Assembly (NCBI GenBank): GCA_038231275.1
Contig: JBBRLQ010000034.1
Coordinates: 1-64,000, forward strand
Reading direction: 5' to 3'
DNA: 64,000 nucleotides
Source of the DNA: Polyangiales bacterium
Lineage (GTDB): Bacteria > Myxococcota_A > Polyangia > Polyangiales > Polyangiaceae
The number at the start of each line of letters is the position of its first letter. Position 1 is the stretch's first letter. Both the position numbers and the translations under genes were made by a program. This document shows, one piece after another, positions 9,603 to 17,613 of this stretch. A model generated the notes under the pieces. That model saw nothing but the letters and a program-made list of their open reading frames with translations. It searched no databases and was not told where the DNA came from.

Positions 9603-11140
9603 CTCGCGCCCGCGAAGATGCCGAGATCCACGAGCTTCGGCGCAAGGGCGCTCACGCGTTCCAGCTCCCGAGCGGTCAGCCTCTCGAGCTCGGCGGCGTC
9701 CTTGATCTTCTTGTCCCCGATGACGATCGGGAGGCCCTTTTTTTCGACAAAATCACGTAGCCACGCCGCGTGGCGCTCCTTCGGCACACCCGTGAGGAGG
9801 CGCAGCGCCAGCGTCTCGAGGAGCGAGACGTGGAGGCCGGTTCCCGTGGCAGGCGAGGCGAGGGCCAAGGGACCGTCCGCCGCGAGCGCCTCGTCGATCG
9901 CGACCTCGTTGAAGGGAAGTCGGAGCGTCGCCGGCGCGTCCGTCACCGTCGCCGCGAGCCTCCGCATCGGCACGACCTGGCCACCGAAGACGAGATTGCG
10001 AAGGCAGTCGCCGATGCGCGTCGCCCCGAGCTGCCCGAGCGCGGGGTGCTCGGAGAGCTCGATGGCGCTCGCCGGACCTTCTTCGAGTCGCCCGAGGACG
10101 GCGTCGTACACGGGGCTCCGGTAGTCGATCGTGACGAGCGGCAGCTTGACTTCGCGCTTGACGGCGGGGGCGGGGACCATAAGCCCGAAGGGAACCTGCT
10201 CGAAGTAGAGGCGCATCTCCGTTTCGGATCGCGCCGCGCGGCCCTTCACGTACACGTCGCTCCGAAAGAGCTGGTTGGCAGCAAAGTCCTTCAGCATCTC
10301 CAAGGCGACGCGATCGTGCGTGGTCGCCGCGAGCTTCCGCGCGGCGGGAGGCATCGCGAAGTCCGGTACGTTCTCGTGGAGCGGCAGCTGCCCGACGAAC
10401 GCGAGATCGTGCGCCGCCATCGCCCGCGCGACGTCCGCGAAATAGAGCGGGCGCAAGTTGGCGTTGAAGTACTCGTGGACTACGTACGCGAGGCCGCCGG
10501 TCCGCATCAGCGCCAACATCGATTTGGCCGTCGGGTTGCCCGCGAAGTACGCCGCTCCCGCGTCGGCGAGGCGCTGCGCGTACGCGACGCCTGCCCGCGC
10601 GCGCTCCATCGAGGAGCTCTTCATCCCCGCGGTGTGATCGAGCATGAGGCGCCGAAGCGGCTCGACCGCGGCCCAGCCGGGCTGCGCGTCGTAGCTCACG
10701 TACAAGAGGCCTCCCGGCTTGAGCCGCGCCTGCGCGAACGCGAGCACCGTCTCGGCCGTGTCGCCGCCGATCCAGCTGAGGACGCCGTGCGCGACGATGA
10801 AATCAAGCTTCGGGAGATCCTCGCGCGCCAGCTCGTCGAACGAGCTCTCGAGGACGGTGACGTTCGCCACGCGCGCGCGCGACGCCAGCGCCTTCGCCTT
10901 CGCGACGTGCACCGCGTTGAAGTCGACGCCCACGAAGCGCGCGTTCGGGTTGGCGGCGGCGAGGAGCACCAGCGTATCGCCCGAGCCGCACCCGAGATCG
11001 CAGTAGTCGAAGTCGTCCTCGGGGGGCGATGCGATCCCGTTGAGCGCCGCGACGAGGCGCAGCTGCGGCGGCGCGATCTGCGGCGTGAACTGCCTGGGGT
11101 ACGGAACGTCGTGCACGTACTCGTCGAAGACGTTCGTCAT
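9599..11140 (-). CDS. Class I SAM-dependent methyltransferase with methyltransferase regulatory domain
   Basis: CDLGCGSG motif I, GVDFN, DFIVAHGVLSWI, LKPGG, YVVHEYF, NQLFRSDVYVKG. Confidence 0.88.
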   Translation of the reverse strand: MTNVFDEYVHDVPYPRQFTPQIAPPQLRLVAALNGIASPPEDDFDYCDLGCGSGDTLVLLAAANPNARFVGVDFNAVHVAKAKALASRARVANVTVLESSFDELAREDLPKLDFIVAHGVLSWIGGDTAETVLAFAQARLKPGGLLYVSYDAQPGWAAVEPLRRLMLDHTAGMKSSSMERARAGVAYAQRLADAGAAYFAGNPTAKSMLALMRTGGLAYVVHEYFNANLRPLYFADVARAMAAHDLAFVGQLPLHENVPDFAMPPAARKLAATTHDRVALEMLKDFAANQLFRSDVYVKGRAARSETEMRLYFEQVPFGLMVPAPAVKREVKLPLVTIDYRSPVYDAVLGRLEEGPASAIELSEHPALGQLGATRIGDCLRNLVFGGQVVPMRRLAATVTDAPATLRLPFNEVAIDEALAADGPLALASPATGTGLHVSLLETLALRLLTGVPKERHAAWLRDFVEKKGLPIVIGDKKIKDAAELERLTARELERVSALAPKLVDLGIFAGAR

Positions 11141-11311
11141 CGCGTCGGGCTTTTCTTGCGTCAGCGCGCGATCGATTGCCAGCGCGAAATGCGGCCATTT
11201 TTCAGCCAAATTCACCACGACCGACGATCCGGGACAGTTCGCGTCGCGCCCCGGGTCGTTGCGTCGCGGAGCCGGGACCAAACGCCCGCGCCGTGGGCGC
11301 ACGCGCTTCGC

Positions 11312-12199
11312 TCATCCTCGATGCGCTTCCGCCCGCGCCGCACCGAGCAGCTGGTTGAGAGCGAGCCCGACGAGCAGCGCGGCCGAGAACAGGTACAGCG
11401 CCGTCATGGTCACGCCGATTACCGCGAGCCCTGCCAGGTACGCGCCGCCGTCGCCGAGCGTGGAGACGTAGAGGCGGTAGCCGAGGCCGAGCGCCATGTA
11501 GAGCGCGACGACGAGGACGGTGCCTGGCGCGAGCGGCAGCTTGCGACGCGCCTCCGGGGGAATCCCGACGCGGTACAATCCTGCAACGAGCAAGTAGAGG
11601 AGCGCGACGCCGCACGCGACCGCCAGCGCGTGGAGGACGAAGGCGGCGGCAGGGGAGGGATGTCCGTCGAAGACCGAGCGCTCGACCCACCCGAGGGCCG
11701 TGCCCAAGAGCGCCACCGCGGCGCACGCGCACGAGAGAACGACACAGCACGCGATCGCGAGGAGGCGCTTCCTCACCCACGATCGCGACGCGCCGGTCTG
11801 CGCCTCGAAGGCGTCGAAGATCGAATGGACGCCGGTCGAGGCCAGCCAAACGAAGAAGACGCCGGCGAGCGGCGTGACCGCGCCACCGTTCCACGCGGCC
11901 ACCTTGCCGAGCTCGGTCTCGACGATCTGCCGCGCCCCCAACGGCATCGACGCGAGCAGCGGGGCTGCGAGCGACCAATCGTGCAACGCGAGACGCGCGG
12001 CGACGTACGCCGCGACCGCCGCCAGCGGGAGGAGCGACAAGAAGAGCCAAAACGCCAGCTCGGCGGCGAGCCCGAGCGCGCGCACGCGAGTGAGCTGCTC
12101 CCAGAGCCTCACCGCGGCCCGCCAGGGGCTCATTTTGCTCGGCGACGGCGCGTGGAGGTCGAGAGCCGGAGCCTGTGGACGCGTGCGACTTTCTCCCAT
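11312..12199 (-). CDS. YihY/virulence factor BrkB family membrane protein
   Basis: AAELAFWLFLSLLP, about 6 TM helices, AYLAGLAVIGVTMTALYLFSAALLVGLALN; start could also be 12133. Confidence 0.85.
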   Translation of the reverse strand: MGESRTRPQAPALDLHAPSPSKMSPWRAAVRLWEQLTRVRALGLAAELAFWLFLSLLPLAAVAAYVAARLALHDWSLAAPLLASMPLGARQIVETELGKVAAWNGGAVTPLAGVFFVWLASTGVHSIFDAFEAQTGASRSWVRKRLLAIACCVVLSCACAAVALLGTALGWVERSVFDGHPSPAAAFVLHALAVACGVALLYLLVAGLYRVGIPPEARRKLPLAPGTVLVVALYMALGLGYRLYVSTLGDGGAYLAGLAVIGVTMTALYLFSAALLVGLALNQLLGAARAEAHRG

Positions 12200-12221
12200 G
12201 GCAAGACCTTCACCGTGGGTG

Positions 12222-12293
12222 TGCCAGACCCGTGCCGCCGCCCGGCGGAGCCCCGCGTCCGCTACCCGTAAGCAGGGCGGCACGGGAGGTGCT
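12222..12293. promoter_or_regulatory. Back-to-back putative sigma54 promoters
   Basis: Minus strand CGGCACGGGTCTGGCA (12222-12238); plus strand CGGCACGGGAGGTGCT (12278-12293). Confidence 0.55.
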
Positions 12294-12305
12294 TTGAGAG
12301 CACGC

Positions 12306-12533
12306 ATGAGCACATCCACCGTCTCGCTCGATGAGCACGAGCCCAACATTCCCCTCTTCTCGCGCGTGGCGACGGCGGTGCGTCGCGCGCAGGAATACGT
12401 CGTCGCGAACCCAAATACAGCTGTCGCCGCGGCGTTCGCGATCGGTATCGCGGTAGGCGGCGGACTGTCCACGCGCACAGGTCGCCTCTTGTTTTGGGCG
12501 GCGGCGCGTCAGGGGTTGCGGATGCTCGCGTGA
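12306..12533 (+). CDS. Small membrane-anchored protein resembling the ElaB/YqjD/DUF883 C-terminus
   Basis: YVVANPNTAVAAAFAIGIAVGGGL pattern; 75 aa. Confidence 0.6.
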   Translation: MSTSTVSLDEHEPNIPLFSRVATAVRRAQEYVVANPNTAVAAAFAIGIAVGGGLSTRTGRLLFWAAARQGLRMLA

Positions 12534-12752
12534 GTCGTCCCGCGGCTAGCGCAGCTCGGCATTGAATCGCAAGACCTCGGCCACGCTCCACGGCCCGCGA
12601 CACATCCGCGCGTCGCATGGGGCGGTTCTGCGACGAAGACCCAATGGATGAGCCACCTCGCCGTCGGCGCTTGCGATGCCATCGGCGAGGAGCCGAAGCG
12701 CGTTGTAGCGCGTCGAGGACGGTGCAGTAAGCGGCGAGCACGGGATCGAAAA

Positions 12753-12768
12753 GGGCACGTCGATTGCT
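12753..12768 (+). promoter_or_regulatory. Putative sigma54 promoter of the hemerythrin gene
   Basis: GGGCACGTCGATTGCT; ATG 14 nt after the conserved C. Confidence 0.65.
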
Positions 12769-12780
12769 TCGTCTGCGCGC

Positions 12781-13299
12781 ATGAAAGCCACCGACCTCCT
12801 CAAGAAGCAGCACCGAACCGTCGAAGCCATTTTCAAGAAGCTCCTCTCGGGGCGCGCCGCCGCCGCGCCGCTCCTCGATGAGCTCGCGAACGATCTCGCC
12901 GCGCACATGGCGATCGAGCAAAATACGCTCTACCCCGCCGCGCGGAAGGTCGACCCATCTCTCGTCCTCGAGAGCTACGAAGAGCACGCGCTCGCCGAGA
13001 TCGCGCTGAAGCGCCTGCTCGCGACGTCCCCGTCGGACGAGACGTTCAAGGCGAAGGTCACCGCGTTGAAGGAGCTCATCGAGCACCACGTGGAGGAGGA
13101 AGAGGACGACCTCTTTCCGAAGCTCGAGAAGAAGTTGGGCGCCGAGCGACTGAAGGCGATGGGCGAGGAGATGAAGGAGGACTTCGACGCGATGAAAGCG
13201 CGCGGCGCGGCCTCGGAGCTCCCCAAGGGCAACAAGACGACCGCGGACGCCGCGAAGCGCCAGCCCAAGAGCGCCAACGGAATGAGCGCAAGCCGCTGA
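12781..13299 (+). CDS. Hemerythrin HHE cation-binding domain protein
   Basis: LLKKQH, AHMAIEQ..LYP, EEH, HHVEEEE..LFP motifs. Confidence 0.9.
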   Translation: MKATDLLKKQHRTVEAIFKKLLSGRAAAAPLLDELANDLAAHMAIEQNTLYPAARKVDPSLVLESYEEHALAEIALKRLLATSPSDETFKAKVTALKELIEHHVEEEEDDLFPKLEKKLGAERLKAMGEEMKEDFDAMKARGAASELPKGNKTTADAAKRQPKSANGMSASR

Positions 13300-13377
13300 A
13301 GCTCGGCGGACGGGGACCCGTGTGGCGTGGCGTTCTTGCCCGCGGGTCCCTACGCTGTCTCTGGAAACCAGTGGGCG

Positions 13378-14472
13378 TTACGCCGCCGCCCGCGCCGTTT
13401 TCCCGCGGGCGAGGAGCGCGACGACCGCGCGTTCCTGCGGAGAGAGCGCGTGAAGATCGCGCGTGGCGGCTCGCGGCCGGTTCATGGCGCGCGCGAGCGA
13501 CCCGTCGGTGAACGCCGCCAGCACGACCGGGTGCACGTAGCACCTTCGGCAGACCGCAGGAGTGTTGCCGAGGGAGGCCGCAACCGTCTTGATGGCGTCC
13601 GTCAAGCTCCGCTTGGTCGCCGCCGCCGACGTCGGGCTCGGCATCGCGGCGAGCGTTTCTGCGGCGAGGACCGTTCCCGTCCACGTGCGGAAGTCTTTCG
13701 CGGTGATGGGCACTGCCGACACACTTCGCAGGAACGCGTTCACGTCCGACGAGCCGATGCGATGCCGGCGTCCGTCGTCACCGATGTACTGGAAGAGCTC
13801 CTCCCCAGGGAGCTCTTTGCATCGCCTCACGAGGCGCGCGAGATGAGCGTCGTCGAGCTCGACGAATCTCTTTACGCCGCTCTTGCCGCGGAAGCGGAAC
13901 TCGATCTTCGCGCCGCGCACGCGCACGTGGCTGTCCTTGAGCGTCGTGAGGCCGAACGAGCCATTTCGTCGCGTGTATTCGCTGTTCCCGACGCGAATGT
14001 GCGTCAGCTCGAGGAGGCGCACCACGGTGGCGAGCACGCGCCGCCGCGTGACGCGAGGCTCGTCGAGCCAGTCGGCGACGGTGGCGCGAAGCTTCGGGAG
14101 CGCGTTCGCGAGCACGACGAGCTTGTCGTATTTGGCGGCGTCACGGACGTCGCGCCACTGCGTGTGGTAGCGGTACTGCTTGCGGCCGCGCGCGTCGCGT
14201 CCCGTGGCTTGGATGTGTCCGCGCGCGTGGGGGCAGATCCAGACGTCGGTCCATGCCGGAGGGATGACGAGGCTCCGAATGCGCGACACGGCATCCGGCG
14301 GGCACGCCCGCCCCGCGGCGTCGACGTACCGAAGCGCGCGCCCCGTGCGGACGCGGCGCAGTCCCGCCCCCCGATCGTCGACGTAGCGAAGACCGGCGGC
14401 GCGCGCCGCACGCGCTGCTTCGAGGGGGATCGTCTCAGACGCTTCGCATGCCGCCGCGCTCGCGCTCCGCAT
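13378..14472 (-). CDS. Bacterial (poxvirus-like) DNA topoisomerase IB
   Basis: IPPAWTDVWI, GHIQATGRDARGRKQYRYH, IRVGN.EY, FRGKSG, AKDFRTW, LGNTPAVCRRCYVHP (catalytic Tyr). Confidence 0.95.
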   Translation of the reverse strand: MRSASAAACEASETIPLEAARAARAAGLRYVDDRGAGLRRVRTGRALRYVDAAGRACPPDAVSRIRSLVIPPAWTDVWICPHARGHIQATGRDARGRKQYRYHTQWRDVRDAAKYDKLVVLANALPKLRATVADWLDEPRVTRRRVLATVVRLLELTHIRVGNSEYTRRNGSFGLTTLKDSHVRVRGAKIEFRFRGKSGVKRFVELDDAHLARLVRRCKELPGEELFQYIGDDGRRHRIGSSDVNAFLRSVSAVPITAKDFRTWTGTVLAAETLAAMPSPTSAAATKRSLTDAIKTVAASLGNTPAVCRRCYVHPVVLAAFTDGSLARAMNRPRAATRDLHALSPQERAVVALLARGKTARAAA

Positions 14473-14475
14473 GTG

Positions 14476-14838
14476 TCACGAGCCTCCGCGCTCTGAGCTC
14501 GTAGGTCCGACGCTGCTCGTGGTGTCGGTCGGTAAACCTTGGGCACCGCCGCCGGGTCTCACGCTCCCGGTCTTGTGCGTAGGTGGACGCGTGCCCCCGT
14601 CCGGCGCGAGGCCGCCCGACGTGTCGTTGCCCTTTGCGCCGCTGCTTCCCCCGTTGCGGTACGTGCTGGGGGTGTCGACGGGCGTGAGGGGGAAGTCACC
14701 AGGCCCCGACGTGTGGGACGCGGCGTCGGCCGTCGAGTACTCGCTGCCGGTGGTCGTCGTCATCGACGAGGCGTCCTTCGGGGTGTCGCACGCGCAAGAG
14801 AGCGCGAGCGCGATGAAGAGAGGCTGGATGGCGTTCAT
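14476..14838 (-). CDS. Low-complexity putative lipoprotein
   Basis: AAGGAG RBS, signal peptide ALSCAC, G/S/T/P-rich body. Confidence 0.6.
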   Translation of the reverse strand: MNAIQPLFIALALSCACDTPKDASSMTTTTGSEYSTADAASHTSGPGDFPLTPVDTPSTYRNGGSSGAKGNDTSGGLAPDGGTRPPTHKTGSVRPGGGAQGLPTDTTSSVGPTSSERGGS

Positions 14839-14869
14839 CGGCGTGGCTCCTTTCTTGGACACGGTGCCG

Positions 14870-15059
14870 TGCAGCGCGCGTGCCGACCCGCTCCGCGCGA
14901 AGTCGTCGTGGCGCGTTTGTGAAGCGTGGCAAAATGGATCGGGTCGAGGCTCGGCGCACAGCGCGCCATTCTCGCCTCGCCCAAAGCGCGGGCGTCGGAA
15001 CCCGTTCGACATTTCTCCGGTCACGACGGTGACCACAGCCGTACGGCACGCCGGCTGCA
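14870..15059. promoter_or_regulatory. Divergent putative sigma54 promoters with an intervening palindrome
   Basis: Minus CGGCACGCGCGCTGCA (14870-14886); plus CGGCACGCCGGCTGCA (15044-15059); GGTCAC-N4-GTGACC at 15019-15034. Confidence 0.55.
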
Positions 15060-15075
15060 GCTCCTTTCCTTCACG

Positions 15076-15540
15076 ATGAAGACGAGAGTTCTGCTGAGTC
15101 TTCAGGTCTGGAAGATCGACGAAATCCTTGCGTCCATTCAGAACGAACCCGATGCCGCGCAGAGGGTCGTCTTGATCGTGCAGCTGGTCGAGGAGCTCAC
15201 CGCACACCTCGCCGTGAAGAAGAACGTCGTCTACCCGAAGGTGTGCGACGCGCAGGCGAGCGCGCTCGTCGGGAGCTGGCTCGGGAACGCCGCCGTCCGC
15301 CGAGACCTCGTCCTCCTCGTACGCGCGAGCTACCACGACGAGGCGTGTGCGCACCGCACGAGGGAGCTTCGCGTGCGCCTCGCGGCACATGCGCGCCACG
15401 ACGAGGAGCTCCTGGAGAGCCTTGAACAGACGCTTACCCCGCCCGCGTCGCAGCTCCTGGTCGAGGAGGCCGAGCGCTTCCACACCGCCTGCATGCGGGC
15501 GCGCCGCGACTCGACCATTCCCCGCGCCGCCGCCAGCTGA
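15076..15540 (+). CDS. Degenerate hemerythrin-like four-helix protein
   Basis: ELTAHLAVKKNVVYP and AAHARHDEELL align with HHE motifs but several ligands are missing. Confidence 0.6.
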   Translation: MKTRVLLSLQVWKIDEILASIQNEPDAAQRVVLIVQLVEELTAHLAVKKNVVYPKVCDAQASALVGSWLGNAAVRRDLVLLVRASYHDEACAHRTRELRVRLAAHARHDEELLESLEQTLTPPASQLLVEEAERFHTACMRARRDSTIPRAAAS

Positions 15541-15654
15541 CGCGCCCCGTTCACCGCGGCACCGCGCGCGCTGAATCGCGCGGCCGGCACGAACGGTGCT
15601 TCGACAACCGCGCGCGTAACGCCTTCTCGGGAAAGAACTAGCGGCGCGCGGCGC

Positions 15655-16251
15655 TCACGGACGCTCCGACTCGAGCGGTAGCCGCCAGTTGAGGTCGAGC
15701 ACCGTTCGCGCCGCGCCCTCCCACGTCTTCTCGACGAGGCGGGCCTGCACATCGGCGGCGCCCGCGAGCTCGAGCAGCCGCTCCATGAACCCCATGGTCT
15801 GGTAGGAGGCGGCCTCCTCGGCGACGTTTCCCATGAAATAGTGCAGGATCACGCGCGCGTGGTCCTCCGCAAGGGTCGGGATCTCGAGGGCTTCGAAATC
15901 GAAGTACGTGCTCCGGAGCACGCGGAACCGCATCAGCGTCTCGACGGGATTGCCCGGCGCGACGAGCTGCGGGTTCTCTGCGCGCAGAGGCTCGACGGAG
16001 AAGCGGCCCCACATCCGGACCGCATTCAGATCCGCGTTCGCGACAACCCGCAAGATGGCGTTGCCGAGCCTCTCGAAGGTGGCCATCGGGTACCACTCCT
16101 CGGGCTCGATGTGCTCGGAGATGAGTGACAGATCCTCTGGCGTAAGATCGGCAGACCACTGCGCGCCTTTGACCGCGCGGATCATGCGGACATAGTCCGC
16201 GAACAGCACACCTCGGACGTTGCGACCCAAACCGCCTCCAGCCGCGCTCAC
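15655..16251 (-). CDS. DUF2378-like myxobacterial protein
   Basis: VRGVLF, EEWYPMATF, RMWGRF, GFMERLLELAGA..V, C-terminal L-x-W. Confidence 0.7.
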   Translation of the reverse strand: MSAAGGGLGRNVRGVLFADYVRMIRAVKGAQWSADLTPEDLSLISEHIEPEEWYPMATFERLGNAILRVVANADLNAVRMWGRFSVEPLRAENPQLVAPGNPVETLMRFRVLRSTYFDFEALEIPTLAEDHARVILHYFMGNVAEEAASYQTMGFMERLLELAGAADVQARLVEKTWEGAARTVLDLNWRLPLESERP

Positions 16252-16437
16252 GCGCGCAGTCTTTCAGCACGAAACCATATCCAGAAGCCCGCTGCTTGCA
16301 ATGGCCAGAGGGCGCGTTGAGATCGGCCGCGCCGAGGCGAATCCCCCTCGCGGTCCGGCGCAACTGCGATATCAAGGAGGAGTGGAGGGCGCTGGGCTCC
16401 CGTGCGCTGAGCGCGCGAGGGATGCCCGCTCGCAAGT

Positions 16438-17613
16438 GTGCCGACGACGAGCCCGAGGTTGAGGATTGCCCTGGTCGACGACGACTGCGACTCGCGCGAG
16501 GTGCTCGCCGTGATGCTTTGCAACGTCGGGTACGAGGTCGTCGAGTTTGCCGACGGAGCCGACGCGCTCGATGGGCTGCGTCGCGGGCCGGCCCCACACC
16601 TCATCGTCCTCGATTTGCGAATGCCGACCATGGATGGCTGGCAATTTCGGGTCTCCCAAAAGCGTGAGCCGCAACTGGCCAACACGCCGGTGATCGCGCT
16701 GTCCGCGGACCGGAGCTCGCAGGCGCGCGCGATCGACGCCGACGCATTCCTCGAAAAGCCGACTCACTACGACAAGGTCATCGAGACGGTCGCCGCCGTT
16801 CTCGAGCGCAGCGCCGCGCGCCAGCGGCGTGAGAACCAGCTCGCGCTCGAGGGGATGGCGGTCGTGGCGCAGTTCTCGGCGGGGGTCGCGCACGAGATCA
16901 ACAATCCGCTGTCTGCGGTGGGCACCAACCTCCACCTGATGGGGGAGGACCTCGCGCGGCTCATGGAGATCGCCGCGAAGCCCGCGGGGGAAGACCTGTC
17001 GGCCAGCGCCGCGCGGCTCCGCGAGGGCCTCGGCGAGCTCGCCGCGATGGTCGGAGAGTCGCTCGAGGCGGTCCACCGCATTCGCGCGATCGTGAAAGAC
17101 CTGCAGCTGCTCGCCCGCGCCGACGAACAAGGAGCGCACGCCCTCGCGATCGAGCCGGCCATCGACGCCGCCATCAACGTCGCGCATCACCTGGCGTTGG
17201 GTCATCCCACCGTCGTGAGGAAGTACGAGGCAGGCTCGTCGGTGATGAGCAGCGAGAAGCAGCTGATGCACCTCTTCATCAACTTCCTCGCCAACGCCTT
17301 CCAAGCGATGGTGCCGGGCCGCGCCGGCGTCGTCACCGTCGAAACGGGCGTGCGCGAGGACAAGGTCATCGTGAAAATCTCGGACAACGGCGTTGGAATT
17401 GCGCCCGAGGCGCGCGCCCGCATCTTCGAGCCGTTCTTCACCACGCGCCCGGTCGGTCAGGGAAAGGGTCTCGGTCTGTCGGTGTGCCACGGCCTCGTCG
17501 CGTCGCTCGGCGGTTCGATTGACGTGATCAGCGAGGTCGGCGCCGGCTCGACGTTCGTGATCTCGTTGCCTGCAGCCGAGGCGACGCGTGGCGGCGTCGA
17601 GGGGCTGACGTGA
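16438..17613 (+). CDS. Hybrid response regulator-histidine kinase (REC-HisKA-HATPase)
   Basis: ALVDDD receiver, AGVAHEINNPL H-box, FEPFFTT, GKGLGL. Confidence 0.9.
   Translation: MPTTSPRLRIALVDDDCDSREVLAVMLCNVGYEVVEFADGADALDGLRRGPAPHLIVLDLRMPTMDGWQFRVSQKREPQLANTPVIALSADRSSQARAIDADAFLEKPTHYDKVIETVAAVLERSAARQRRENQLALEGMAVVAQFSAGVAHEINNPLSAVGTNLHLMGEDLARLMEIAAKPAGEDLSASAARLREGLGELAAMVGESLEAVHRIRAIVKDLQLLARADEQGAHALAIEPAIDAAINVAHHLALGHPTVVRKYEAGSSVMSSEKQLMHLFINFLANAFQAMVPGRAGVVTVETGVREDKVIVKISDNGVGIAPEARARIFEPFFTTRPVGQGKGLGLSVCHGLVASLGGSIDVISEVGAGSTFVISLPAAEATRGGVEGLT

Noticed and set aside
13378..14472. Topoisomerase IB as a marker of a prophage or integrative element
   Set aside because: No integrase, att-like repeats, tRNA target or phage genes nearby; composition matches the flanks
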